Of a stretch of DNA of 64,000 nt, positions 16,521 to 30,010 are shown one piece after another (position 1 is the stretch's first letter; the number at the start of each line of letters is the position of its first letter). The stretch comes from the human T2T-CHM13v2.0 reference genome, Homo sapiens, in the NCBI RefSeq assembly GCF_009914755.1, contig NC_060942.1, one strand, 5' to 3'. Made by a program: the position numbers and the translations under genes. Under the pieces are notes generated by a model. That model was not told where the DNA came from, did no database searches, and was given only the letters and a program-made list of their open reading frames with translations.

Positions 16521-17858
16521 ATTATTGAGCCTTAGAAGAGGTGAAAGTGAAATACAGTAGTCAACAAGATGTATGGCATGGAAGAGGACTTCCAAGTAAC
16601 CTCTATTTCATGGTAGAAAGTAAAATGATATAAGAAATGGACAGGCAGCCATCCCAGTTGAAGCACAAACACAGAAGTCTGTGTTAGTGCACACAAATCA
16701 GGAGAAATAGCACTCAAGTCTTTAGGGCTTGAACTCAGACTTTCTCTTATTAATGGCTTTTAAATGATTGTGAACTTCAAACATACCATTTTTGCTGCTA
16801 TGTAGATCATAAGTAATGAAACCAGCCTGCAAGGGAAAACCTAGATAGTATCAGGGGAGATGGAATATTCCAATGGGAGAATTTGAAAGTATTTAGGGAG
16901 TAAATTCAATGGAACATGGTGATTGAATAGAAGTGGAGGGTCACAGAGAAAAACAACAGTTATTTGTTTTTCCTTAAATATTTTCTATAAACATACTTAT
17001 GTTTTTGAGCCAACATTGATTTTACTTTTATTATTATTATTATTATTATTTTGGTCATCTGTTCAAGCTTTTTCAAATTGATTGTTTTGCTGTTGATTTT
17101 TCACCATCCTCTTCTCCTTCTGTTTCTTCCCAGTATTACTTTGGAACATTACTACCCCTTTTATTTATTAATTTAATGAAACTCCTCCCGTGGTCCAGAC
17201 TCCATCACAACATCCTGCCAGGTTTCTCATTTATTTTTATTTTCTTAATCTTAAAACCCAGATATTCTCATGTCATCCCTCTTTTCCCTACTTCCCACTT
17301 CTGGCATCCCTTACAACTGCAAATGCTCCCAAGCCTTTGAAGCTCTAGCCAGCTAATCCCTCAAACAAAAGTTACCAAAGAGCTTTATTCTTCTGACATT
17401 TTAGATCCCTTTCACTGACTGTGAGTGGCTGCCATTCTCCCCTCCTCTCTAAACCGGAGATTTACTCAAATACTATTTTACCCAGCACCATAAGCCACAA
17501 GTTCAGAATAACCTCTCCAGTGAATCAGAAGACAGTGATCAAGCATTCTTACTTATATCACAGTGATTAGGATATTTATCTTTAAATAAATTTTGCATTT
17601 GGGAAGAGAAAGTGTAGAAAGACAAACGATGAAATGCTAATGCCAGGTTTTCCAGTAACATGAGTTTTTTTGGAGGTGATAGTTTGGGAATACTTTCATC
17701 AACTTAACCCTGGTGATGATCCACTTAACCTAGAAATGGACAGTGATGAAATGATTGGCCCTCATTTTATACACTGCTGGGTCATAGATAGGTTATAATC
17801 AAATTCTGACAGCTAATTTCCTAAACTCAGTGAACCTGAGGTTCTACAAAGTAATTTA

Positions 17859-18176
17859 GAGCAGTCATTCTTAAAACCTTTTTTAAAATCTTAGTAATCA
17901 GAGTCAGTTAAATCAGAATCTCTACTGGTGGGACTCAGGCATTTGTACTTTTAAAACTTGCTTCTCAAACATTACTTTAGACATAAATTTGGGGATCTTT
18001 TTGAAACTGAAGATTCAGATTCAGTACTTTTGGGGTGGGGATGGAGATTTTACACTGAGTACCAAGAGAACCGGAGACTAATTCTTAAACTTGGCTGCAC
18101 ATTGTAATCACTTTGGAAAATGAAAAATAAATACATAAAATTAGACAAAACATGCCCAAATTCCATCCCCAGAGAA
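17859..18176. mobile_element. Cluster of MER5-like hAT-Charlie DNA transposon fragments
   Basis: aaatcagaatctct...gggactcaggcatttgtacttttaaaa; gattcagattcagta...ggggtggg; ttcttaaacttggctgcacattgtaatcac. Confidence 0.6.
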
Positions 18177-19639
18177 TGACAGCAAATTACACTCATTTTG
18201 CTCATATTTACCTCTCTGATGTAGCTGATTGCCCAACCCAGAGAAGAGAGAAGAAAACCTCTGATGGTTGCAATAAAATAGGGTTCAATCAGAAAGCATG
18301 CTTTCTCTTTTCCAGATATGCAGCCTCTCCTGATGGTGAAGAGGATTTCCCTAACAACCTCTGAAACGTTTGTGGGCTCAGAAACATCAGCTTTACTCAA
18401 AACAAAAGCTCTCCCTCCATAGACTTGACAGTCAGCTCTCCGGGAACAGGGGAGAGAAAACAAACCCAGTTAAGTGTTCACAGTGTAATTTTCCACAACC
18501 AAAATTGAACAAATAAAGGGTTGGGAGACATGTTTTTTCAAGTTAAATCCTGTGCTTCTTCTTTAGTCTCCGCATTTCAAATGGAATTTGAATCTTTGGA
18601 GGTTAGAGTTCATTTACTTTTTGGCAGAACAGCACTTCCTGTTTCTAAGAGAAAGGCCCCAGAATACTTCTTTAATGTCAAAGGCTGTTACAAAACAGCA
18701 CTTGATGAATCGGATGCAAGTGAATGAGAAACACATGGATTAAGTTTCCATTAACATTCACATGGGTTTCATAATTAAGAGAAAATGCCTGACCAAAGGA
18801 AGTGTTTTGAGTTTTACCTAATTGAAATTTTGTTTTTAAAAAAGTGCTTAAAGCTACTTATTCCGAACATGATAAGTGCCGGAGATTACTCATCCCTAAC
18901 CAAAACCACCTAAGCAAATCAGACGCATAAACTGAGACCAAAGCTATAAACTGCATTCTCTCAAAAACCAACAACACTCATCAATTTTGGGAATTGTAGA
19001 GGGATGAGCCATCCTCTGATCATTGAACCATCTTAAGGAGTTTATTTACTTTGTTAAATCAGGTAATTCACAGTTTCTGACTTTTTTTTATGGATTGGAC
19101 TTCTCTTCATTAAGCAGATTTTACTAGTTCACTTACCTGAAATCAAAGTAAAAATTGCCTCCACAATTATGTGATTGTAGAACCACCACTACCTTAGAAG
19201 TCAGTTAAACCTCATTCAGATCTTTCCTTGGTAGGTGAGTGAAAGGCAACATTCTGCTTCATTTTTCTCATATTTATAAACAAGAAGATAAGACTAGCGT
19301 TTTACCAACTTAAACACCATGGATTATTCAAATAGTAAAATTCTTTATGTTGTATCCCAATAATAAAAGAGAGAAAAAGGAAAATGACAGGGAGTAAAAT
19401 GGACCAACAATTACTGCCAATAAGTTGAAGGTTGGGGAAGCAGCTTTGATAGAGTACTATTTTATCTCATTTCTACATATAACAACTTCTGAAAAACACT
19501 GAACTTAATGGTCAAACAGTCTTGCTTCAATTTTCTATTATGCTTTTCACCTATTACTTAGAAAGTTCTACCTCTAGATACAAGTATCTCCAACCAGAGA
19601 CATTCGAAATTGTCTCCTCATCTATTCACCAAATTCACT

Positions 19640-20070
19640 TGTTCTATGCCCTTAAAAAAAAATCTATCAATTGCCCTGTAAATTACCACACTCAAAGTAG
19701 AAACTCGAGCTTTTTCTTGAAAGTTCCTTTACCACTTTCTCCACTCCCCACATCCATTCAGTTATCAAATACTAAAATGTGACCCTCAAATATTTTTTAA
19801 TCCTTTCACTTTTCCCTATGCTTATCCTTGTTTCTTAATTTGGACCTTTGCAAATCGTATGCTGGATTATTTCAAAAGATTTCTAATGAGTTCTTTTTTT
19901 CTGTTCCTCTCCAACTTATTCTCATCATTAAACCTGAAATTCTTCTCTTTAATTTTAGCATATAGTTATTAACATATTCCAAAATAAATCTAACTGAAAA
20001 TAGAAAAAGGTATAGAATAATAGTAAGGTTTTAAAGTCTACATTATTAGTCAGCTTTCTCATTGGCATTA
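19640..20070 (+). mobile_element. L2 fragment
   Basis: ccatccattcagttatcaaatact...gctggattatttcaaaagatttctaatgag resembles L2 internal sequence. Approximate. Confidence 0.45.
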
Positions 20071-20206
20071 GGGTCAAAATTTCATACATATGTTTTCAGA
20101 ATTTTTTTTCCATACACAAGTGTGCATACACATGTGACTATTTGTGTGAGTAGGTATTTCCAATATTTTTGCAGGAATGTAACCATAATTGTATACATTA
20201 TCGGTC

Positions 20207-21208
20207 TTTTTATTTTCTTTTTTTAAAATTTGACTTTAAGGTCTGGGCTACATGTGCTGAACGTGCAGGTTTGTTATATAGTTATACATGTGCCATGATA
20301 GTTTGCTGCACCTATCAACCCATCATCTAGGTTTTAAGCCCCGCATGCATTAGGTACTTGTACTAATACTCTCCCTTCCCTTCCCCCACCCCCCTACAGG
20401 CCCTGATGTGTGATGTTCCCCTCCCTGCGTCCATGTGTTCTCACTGTTCAACTCACACTTATGAGCGAGAACATGCAGTGTTTGGTTTTCTGTTCCTGTG
20501 TTAGTTCACTGAGGATGATGGTTTCCAGCTTCATCCATATCCCTGCAAAGGACATGAACTCATTCTCTTTTATGGCTGCATAGTATTCCATGGTGCATAT
20601 GTGCCACATTTTATTTATCCAGTCTATCATTTATGGGCATTTGGGTTGGTTCCAAGTTTTTGCTATTGTAAATTGTGCTGCAATAAACATATGTGTGCAT
20701 ATGTCTTTATGGTAGATTGATTTATAATCCTTTGGGTATATACCCAGTAATGGGATTGCTGGCTCAAATGGTATTTCTGGCTCTAGATCCTTGAGGAATC
20801 GTCACACTGTCTTCCACAATGGTTGAATTAATTTATACTCCCACCAACAGTGTAAAAACATTCCTATTGCTCCACATCCTCTCCAGCATCTGTTCTTTCC
20901 AGACTTTTTAATGGTTGCTATTCTAACTGGCGTGAGATTGTATCTCACTGTGGTTTTGATTTGCATTTATGTAATGACCAGTAATGGTGAGCTTTTTTCC
21001 ATGTTTGTTTGCTGCATAAATGTCTTCTTTTGAGAAATGTCTGTTCATATCCTTCACCCACTTTTTGATGGGTCTGTTTGTTTTTTTCTCATAAATTTGT
21101 TTAAGTTCCTTGTAGATTCTGGATATTAGATCTTTCTCAGATGGATAGACTGCAAAAATTTTCTCCCATTCTGTACGTTTCCTGTTCACTACGATAGTTT
21201 CTTCTGTG
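20207..21208 (-). mobile_element. 5'-truncated L1PA8-like (3' ~1 kb)
   Basis: Antisense 3'UTR tctaggttttaagccccgcatgcattagg. ORFs 20448-20630 and 20923-21189 (-) give ORF2 C-terminal peptides (MWHICTMEYYAAIK; [11 protein letters not shown]). Confidence 0.9.
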
Positions 21209-22172
21209 TAAAACTAACCAGGTCTTGGAAATTTGCTATATTATTATCTAAATCATTTTTTCACAGCTTTACAATATTTCATTTTGTGAATACCCAATAA
21301 TATTTATCAATGGGCAACATTCCCAATGCTATCTTTCTGCCTAACATATGCAATGCAAATTTTTAAGCACAGTGTGCCAGGACCACTCTAAAATATCCCT
21401 ACCTTTTCTCTTTCATTATACTCTCTCAAGAATCCTTTTCTCTGGCCACTTTGAACTGCTTCCTAATATTTCACTGCTTCCTAAATCTCACAGTTTATAA
21501 CCTAGAAAATCTGTTCGTGCCTATCCTATAAGAACGAATACATGATTATGTGAGTTTTCATGCAAAACAAGGTTTTGCTTTTAAACACAATAAAAACCCA
21601 TAGAATAGCTAGCTAGTATTGATTTTCTAATAGCCACATAACTGTTATTTGCCCAACAAATATTTGTTAAATAATATATGAAATAGATTATTATAGTCTG
21701 ACCTTTCACCTTGAATGCATATGTAGTTTAAACAAGAGAATATCTATGAATTTTAGATTACCTACATATATATTAAGCATTTACATATGTTTTTCCATAA
21801 TGAATTAAAACTAAAGGAATGGTATTTCTGTCATAGTTATAAAGCTCACTACCTAGAAACAGCATTTTTTTCCTGCTATTTTTTTTCTTAATACAGATAC
21901 AGAAAGACTTGTTCAATCTTAGCCAAAACCCAAAAGTCTTCATGCTTTCTGAATCTTTGGTGTAAAAGACAATATTAAAAATGTCAGACGAGCCAAAATA
22001 CTTCTGATTATTCTTATTCTATAACTGTCTTCATTTAGTGGCATACTGGCATCTTCCTCTTCTTCCAGGAAATATTCTCTCCCTTTAAACTTAAATATGA
22101 TGGTTTGTACAACTGAAAAGAACAAAATATGTAATGAAAGACTTAGGGTAACCAATATCTTAGTGAAATAAG

Positions 22173-23000
22173 TTTAGTGGTTTTAATGATAGTTTCTAAA
22201 AAGCCATGTCCACACCCTATTCCTCAGAAGCTGTAAATGTGGTGTTATTTGGAAAATGAACCTTTGCAGATATAAATAAGGATTTTGAGATGAGGAGATA
22301 ATCCTGTATTATCCAGATTAGCCCAAATCCAATAAAAACTAGTCTTATAAAACAAAGGCAAAGGAAGGTTTGACACAGAAGAGGAGGAGACATACAGAGG
22401 GTAAGGCCATATGAAGATGGAAACAGATTATAGTTGTTATAGGCTGAATTGTGACCCCCACAAATTCATACATGAAATTTCTAATCCCTAGTGTCTCACA
22501 ATAGAACTGGTCTTGAAGTTTGGGCTTTGAAATGGATAAATGAAGTTAACTGAAGTTATTAAGATGAGTCCTAATCTAAAAGGATTGGTATCCTTGTATT
22601 AATAAGAAAAGGAAATTAGGACACAGACAAATCCAGTGGTAAGACCCTATAAGGAGAGGGAGAAAACAGCCATCTACAAGCCAAAGAGGGAGGCCTCAGA
22701 ATAAAACCAACCCTGCCAATGCACTTCTAGCCCCAAGACTGTGAGAAAATACATTTCTGTTTTTATAGCTACCTATTCTATGGTCCTTTGTGATAGCAGC
22801 CCCAGCAAACATCTGGAGCCATCAGATACCAGAAGAGGCAAGGAAGGATGTTCCCCCAGGGTCATCAGAAAGAGAGTGATCCTGATGATGCCTTCATTTT
22901 GGACCTCTGGACTCGAGAAACTTGAGAGAATAAATGTTTTTCTTAAGTCATCAATTTTTTTTTTTGTAATTTGTTACTGTAGCCCTAAGAAACTTATGTA
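22173..23000 (+). mobile_element. MaLR solo LTR (MLT1C/D-like), split by a nested MLT1
   Basis: ttatttggaaaatgaacctttgcagat...gagatgaggagataatcctg...; resumes at 22812 (ctggagcca...gaagaggcaaggaagg...gagagaataaat...gtagccctaagaaacttat). Confidence 0.75.
22435..22811 (+). mobile_element. Nested MaLR solo LTR (MLT1A/B-like)
   Basis: tgttataggctgaattgtgacccccacaaattcata...cagccatctacaagccaaagagggaggcctcaga...gatagcagccccagcaaac. Confidence 0.75.
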
Positions 23001-23388
23001 ATAGTTTTATTTTTACCAGGAAAATCCAAGCTGCCTTTACGTGCCTGTGTTTATTATCTTGAGCCATGGTCCATGGAGGATGGTGAATGAAGGCCTCTGC
23101 GCTAAGTCAGGGCTAGAGAGGAATATTACAAGTCTTGCTTAGGGCTCTTCATCCTCAGCTTTTTACCACCAGCTTCATGATGTTTGAAGAAAAATAAAGA
23201 ATAACATTAAGTATCAATGTATTTCCCTTTGGGGATTTTTAATATTGCAATGAAAGTGTCCTCAAGGGCAGTTTCTTATTAGGTTTTGCATTACGTCCCA
23301 TTCATGCTTTTCTAATGTTTACATTTTAAGCTTTCTTTTGTAGGAAAGACTTTACTGAATGGTAGAAAATGGATTAAATAAGAATGCT

Positions 23389-23421
23389 TGTGTGCGTGTG
23401 TGTGTGTGTGTATGTGTGCGT
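23389..23421. repeat. Imperfect (TG)n microsatellite
   Basis: tgtgtgcgtgtgtgtgtgtgtgtatgtgtgcgt. Confidence 0.9.
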
Positions 23422-25161
23422 AGAAGAGAGTACTGAAAAAATTAAGATTATCAGGAGAGAAAAGGAGATTACCAAGTGTATATAAATAATGCCATTTTCA
23501 TAGTTTTTCTAGACCATTTTCTGACAAATCATAGTCCTGTGAGGTGGTCAAAACAACTCCTGTAAAGATTCTTTTCCCATACTCTAAATACTTATATCAT
23601 CATACTTATCTTTTGTTGTTCACCACCCACTGTAATTTTCAAAGCAATTCGATTTCCCAAATAGTCTTGAGAAGGAAGGAGAGAAAGAGCCGCAAACCCT
23701 ATTTACACTCAATAAGACTGAAAAGAGGTGACAAGAGTTGTTCATGACGTTGACCTCAGTTTTCTGATTCCCTGTCCATTTCCAAAGAGAGTGCTTGTCT
23801 TTTGACTGAGTTTTTTATAATGATGGTTATATGTTTTGTTTACATTACACATTTAGCTATACAAAACCCTTTCAGAAATATTGTATTTGGTCCCCTTTTC
23901 TTTCCCTTCAACACATCATTTTCAGAGCAGTTTTCTCAAAACAGTGTTTTGACACAGTCATCCTTATGTGTAATAGGTGTGATACAGTCCACCTCATTGT
24001 GGTTCTAGTCCTAGTTCAAATGACAACTTTCCCCATTGTCTTCCATGGAGATCCCATCCTTCCTTGAAATAGATTTTGCTCCACTACTTTCGTTCTTTAC
24101 ACATTTATGTCTACATTTTATCTTCTATAGAGCACAAGATATTTGAGAGCAGGAATCATATCTTACTCGTCAAAACTCCAACAATAGTGTTTTCTTGTTT
24201 GGTTGTGTGAGTGGTAGGAGTTCAGAAAATATCTTTGAGTGAATCAATTAATGGATGCATCTATTTTTCATAATATTTTCTTGAATTAGATGAGACAGAG
24301 ATTTATATTTTAGAAAATAAGCCAGAAAAATTATAGGAGTAGCCCAGGGTAATTTAGTTAGTGTAATAGTTGGATTGAGACCATCAATTGCTCTATTCCT
24401 TTTTTTTTTTTCAGACTGCTTATATATGGGTCATAGGTAGACCAGATGGATTTCACTGCAAAGAGGTAATAGCTTTACGAGCATTTAAGCTATTGGCATG
24501 GTATGTTAGTGGCAGCCTCTGCTTTATGGCATCATGGAACTTTAAAAACGTTAGTTAAAGGAAAAGGCAAATTATAAGCAGATATAATAGATGTAACAGA
24601 TGACAAGATAAACAAAGACAGCCTATGAAAGGTGAAAGGGGATTTTCTGGAGATAATAAAGTGTGATGTTGATCTTGATTTTAAGAGCAATTCATAATTA
24701 GAAACTTTTGCTGGATGTAGCAATGGCAAGAAGAACTAATATAAACCAATATACTTTGTTCAATCCAAAACACCCCTGTTGTTTTATTATTTTGTCAGTG
24801 AAGAAATTGTAGTACTAGCAATTTCATTCTTAAGTAAATTCATATGATTTCAGTGTACAAAGATGAACCACACTCACTTATAAATTTACAAATGTGCAAC
24901 ACAGGCACATTTAGGATAATAATCTGTAGACTGATGCAATAGTAGATTAGCTCAGAGGAGCTTAGCCTCCCATGCTTCAGGTAAGAAGAATGAAGGCAAG
25001 GTAGTGAATGCTTGGGCTATAGAACTAAACTTCATCCACACATCATGGTTTTCTGGACAGTGATTTTACAAGATAATTCATAAGGCAGAAAGAGATGGGA
25101 ACAATTAAAAGATCAAAGAAACAAAAACACTGGGATGGAAAGTGATTAGAAATAAGAGATG

Positions 25162-25710
<549 letters not shown>

Positions 25711-26739
25711 AGAAAGAAGAGATTGGTGAACCACTATTTGCGTAGCAGTAGCCTAAGTCAAGATTAGGTCACAAGCAACAGTTTATTTGCTATCTAATCT
25801 TTTCCATATTTAACCATGTTGTTATTTAACCATTTGGAGCATCAGTTTCTTCTGTAAGTCAAAGATGTTCAGCCTATCTGCCTCATGGAGATTTCAGGGT
25901 GTTTGAATTTTCGATGAAAAGGCAAATCTGGTTGTATGCATAAAGCGTAAGTATGTTTTATGAAGACACCTCTCTCTGCTTTCTCATTTGCAAACCTCCA
26001 GAGCAGCCTAGGGAGATTGCAGACAAGATGTAATGGTGCAAGCTCATTAACAAAGATCTAATAACAAAATCACACACAAAAAATCTAATTAGCAAGGTTA
26101 CCTCTGTTGCAGTAGTCCAGTGGAAATAAACACAGGCTTGCATTTGTTTTTTGCATGAACCATATTTTTTTCATTTCCCTTAAAATTAAAAAAAAAGGTA
26201 ATTTTCCTTCCAAGTTGTGTTCTCTCCTACATCATTGTTATTGGTGTTGCCTAGACCCTGGGTTTCTTCTAGTGCTTGGAGGGAGTGACCAGAGTCATTT
26301 TCATTGATAAGAAGTCTTTGATTTCCAAGCCACTCCCATTAAAGCATCCTCCTGGAATCCTTGTGCTGGGGCCCCACACAAGGGCCATCTCCCTGGCTGG
26401 CCTGGCAGTTGTTTCACGACACACATCAATAGATCCCAAAGGCTGAGGAAGGCAGGCAGTTAGGGTGTGAGAACCCCAAGCACTCCATCCCAACTAAAAC
26501 CCTAGGGGAGATTGTGGGGGTTGCAGAAGGTAATTAAGTAATTGGAATTTGGCCAACACACCAGGGTGAAATGACACAACAAAGTCTGCATCCCTCTGTT
26601 TGCAAGGGCCGAAGGGGTTTACACATCACTCACAATATACATGAGAAGCTTCCAGGGGCAGCTGTGACTGGCCAACAGGAGCCCACATTAAGAGAGACTG
26701 GGCTTTGCTTACTTGTAAAATTAGAGCTGCAGCACATGG

Positions 26740-27040
26740 AGGCTTTCCATTCTAACCCCTCATTTAACAAGTGAGAAAATGAGACCCTAGAGAGTAAAGT
26801 TACTTACACAAGGTCACTCAACTCAGATACAGGAGCTTCGGAGTTAGATTTCAGGAATTTTAATTCTAAGTCCTATTTTGTTGCCACTGTTTTTACCCTA
26901 ACTGTAATGCATTAGAAATTCAGATAGCCTGTCTGGCTTTAATGTGCACTTTTATCACCTTTGCCTTAAAATGTCTTTTTCTGTGATTCTGAAATGGAGA
27001 TAATAATGCCTATCTCACTAGATGTTTGATTAAACAATTA
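26740..27040. mobile_element. MIR fragments
   Basis: tttaacaagtgagaaaatgagaccctagagagtaaagttacttacacaaggtcac; ctgaaatggagataataatgcctatctca. Confidence 0.6.
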
Positions 27041-28345
27041 CACTTCTAAGAGAAAACACAAAGAAAATCAGGACAATTTTGAGGTAAGCAAAGATTTCTT
27101 AGGCCACAGAAAGAATAAACCATAAAGGAAAAACAATAAATTGTACTTCATCAAAATTAAAATGCTTTGCTCATAAAAAGACACTTTTAAGAAAATGAAA
27201 AAGCAAGTCACAGTCCAGGAGAAAATATTTGTGATGCATATATCTGACAAAGGACTGGCATTCATAATTTATAAATAACTCTTACAACTCAATTATAAGA
27301 AAACAAAGATCCTTTTAAAAATAAATGAACACAGGACTTTGTTAACAGATACTTCAGAAAAGAAGGTGTACTTCTGTCCAATAAGCACATGAAAAGATGC
27401 TTAACATGATTGGTCATGGGTAAATGAAAATTAAAAACACAATAAGATACCTATTTTATATCAATAAGGGTGTATAAAATTAAAAATACCCAATGTTAGC
27501 AAGTATATAGAGTTATTCTCATATATGTCAGGTGGGAGTGAAATATATGAAAACAAAGCCAATTAAAAAAACCAAACACAGAAAAATAATAAAAAAACAA
27601 TTTTGGAAACGTGTTAGATTCTTACAAAGTTAAGTATCTATTGTATATCCAGAACGTAGACTCCTAAGTATTAGCCTGAAATGAAACAAACCCACCATCT
27701 TATACATAAGTGTTTATAGCAGTTTTACTCATAGTAGCCCTAAGTAGAAGCAACCCAAGTGTCATCTGTTGTGGCATATTCTACATGGCACAGTCTCCTC
27801 AGCAATAAAAGTAGAGAAACTGTTGTCAAACATAATAATGGATGAACTTAAACATTGGGTTGAGGCAAAGAAGAGGCACAAAAATTATTACATTTGCATG
27901 AAGTTCTAAACTGGGTGAAATGAATGTTTGGAAATAGGTCAAATCAGTGGTTGCCTGGGATAAATTGGGGTAACTGGGATGACTGTAAATGAGCATGAGG
28001 AATCTTCTTAGGGTAATAGAGTTAATTTATGTATTTGTTAGGGTTGTGGTTACACACTTGTCATACTTGGTATTGTCGTGGTATATGTATTCGTCAAAAC
28101 TCGTGGAACTACACACTTAAGATGGCTGTATTTTGTTGCATGCAAATTAAAGCTCAATAGTTTTAAGTCAACATAATGGCTACCTCTGTGTAGGAGCTCA
28201 CAGGGGACTTCAGGGACAGAAGATCTGTTTTAGTTTTGAAGTTAGATGATCAGTTCACAAGTGCTTGGTTTATTATCCTACTTCGTAAAACATATGGAGC
28301 ACATATAATTTGCCATGTATCAAATATTACATAATAAAATTTTTA
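27040..28345 (+). mobile_element. Ancient L1M (L1MC/ME-like) ORF2 3' end and 3'UTR
   Basis: ttcatcaaaattaaaatgctttgctc...catatatctgacaaaggact...aataagcacatgaaaagatgct...aaatcagtggttgcctggg. Confidence 0.75.
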
Positions 28346-28662
28346 AAGGAACCAAACAGATGTGATGAGATACCATAGGTAAAGTGTTGATCAAAATTTC
28401 CAGCTTTTAGGAAGTGATTACTATGTGCTAAGCTTTAGTTCATTTACTCCTTGTACAAATTTATGGGGTAGTTTTCATGATCTAATTATAAATATGAAGG
28501 CACTGATGATCAAAAAAGTTAAACTAACTCATCAACATTGCACAGTCAGTACAGAGTGGAGCCAGGTCTAACATGTTCTTGCTCTTACTCCCATGTTCCT
28601 CCTGCCTCTAGCACTTTACTCAATATATGTTAGTTCAGCCCTCTCCGTAATTCATTTCCTGC

Positions 28663-29050
28663 TGATATGGGAACATCAGATTTGGATGTCCCCTCCAAAT
28701 CTCATGTTGATATGTAATCCGCAGTGTTGGAGGTGGGACTTGGTGGGAGGTGTTTGTGTCATGGGGCGGATCCCTCACTTCTTGGTGCTGTCCTCATGAC
28801 AGTGAGTGAGTTCTCAGAAGAACTGGTTGTTTTAAAGTGTGGCAGCTCCCTCCTCTCTCACTTGCTTTTTCTTTTGGCCATGTGAAGTGCCTGCTTCTGC
28901 TTCACCTTCTGCCATGAGTTAAAGCTTCCTGAGGCCTCTTCAGAAGCAAATGCCAGCACTATGCTTCCTATACAACTTCTAAACATCTTTTCTTATAACC
29001 TACTACCCAGTCTAGGTATTACTTTATAACATGCAAGGATGGCCAAATAT
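28663..29050 (+). mobile_element. MaLR solo LTR (MSTB-like)
   Basis: tttggatgtcccctccaaatctcatgttga...ggggcggatccctc...aagcttcctgaggcctc...tacccagtctaggtatt. Confidence 0.85.
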
Positions 29051-29059
29051 ACCTGCTTC

Positions 29060-30010
29060 CTCAGGCCCAGGAGTATACAGCACTTCTCTCACTCTTTGTG
29101 CAGTGCCCATTCTAGTGTGATTCTGCTCATTTACATCCATGTATTCCCTCTATCACTGCCACCCCTTGCACTTGTCACTTCCATGTCATGCCCAGACTAT
29201 TCCCATTGCTCATCACTCTATTTTCAACTTTTCCTTCCTCAAATTTATTCTGATTCTACTAATGCTAGATGACGAGTTAGTGGGTGCAGCGCGCCAGCAT
29301 GGCACATGTATACATATGTAACTAACCTGCACAATGTGCACATGTACCCTAAAACTTAAAGTATAATAATAAAAAAAAAGAAACAGTTTCTTCATGCGAG
29401 CAGCAAGCTGATCATAAATATAAGCTGACTTTCAAATTCCTAAAATATAAAACACTCTTCTTTTCAAGCTTTAAAGGACCTCGTAGTCAGTTGAGCTCAA
29501 GCTAATATTGTCCTATAGGATTTGCACATCACACTCCAATTCAAATGTCTGCAAGGATACTCTGAACAGATCTTATGCTTTTTCTCCTGTGTTGCCTTTC
29601 TGGAGAACTCTGGCTTTCCCTTCTTTTCTCTGAATCCACACATCTTTCAATTGTTCAATTTAAGCACCTTATCAGTGAAACTTCTCTGACCACCTCCAAG
29701 TAAACTTAAGCCACTTTATCCTTTTTAGTTGTGTGTGTTTTACTACATCTAAAACACTTTCATTCATTCATCTTTTACACCATGTTTGTTGAGTTTCCAC
29801 TAGGGGCCATTCTCAATGTGTGTTACATTCATATAACTGTGAATGAAGAACAAAATCCTTCCTATCAGGAAGGTTGCTTATATTCTTGCATTCTTGTTGT
29901 TCTTGTTCCTCAAAATCACTTTAAAGCTTCTTGAAGTCTGGGATCTTGTTTTATACCTGCATCACCTAGCAGGTATAATTCACTTTTAAATAATGTATAG
30001 TTAAAGAAGA
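29060..30010 (+). mobile_element. L2 fragments (host of the short L1PA2)
   Basis: tcatgcccagactatt...; tcagtgaaacttctctgaccacc; ...gcatcacctagcaggtat. Approximate. Confidence 0.45.
29259..29379 (+). mobile_element. Very short L1PA2-like 3' end (~120 bp) with poly-A
   Basis: ctaatgctagatgacgagttagtgggtgcagcgc...cctgcacaatgtgcacatgtaccctaaaacttaaag. GAG (not ACA) at the Ta diagnostic site. Confidence 0.9.

Noticed and set aside
19220-19240. Plus-strand tag|gtgagt as a recursive splice site
   Set aside because: Short pyrimidine tract interrupted by GG; much weaker than the minus-strand candidate.
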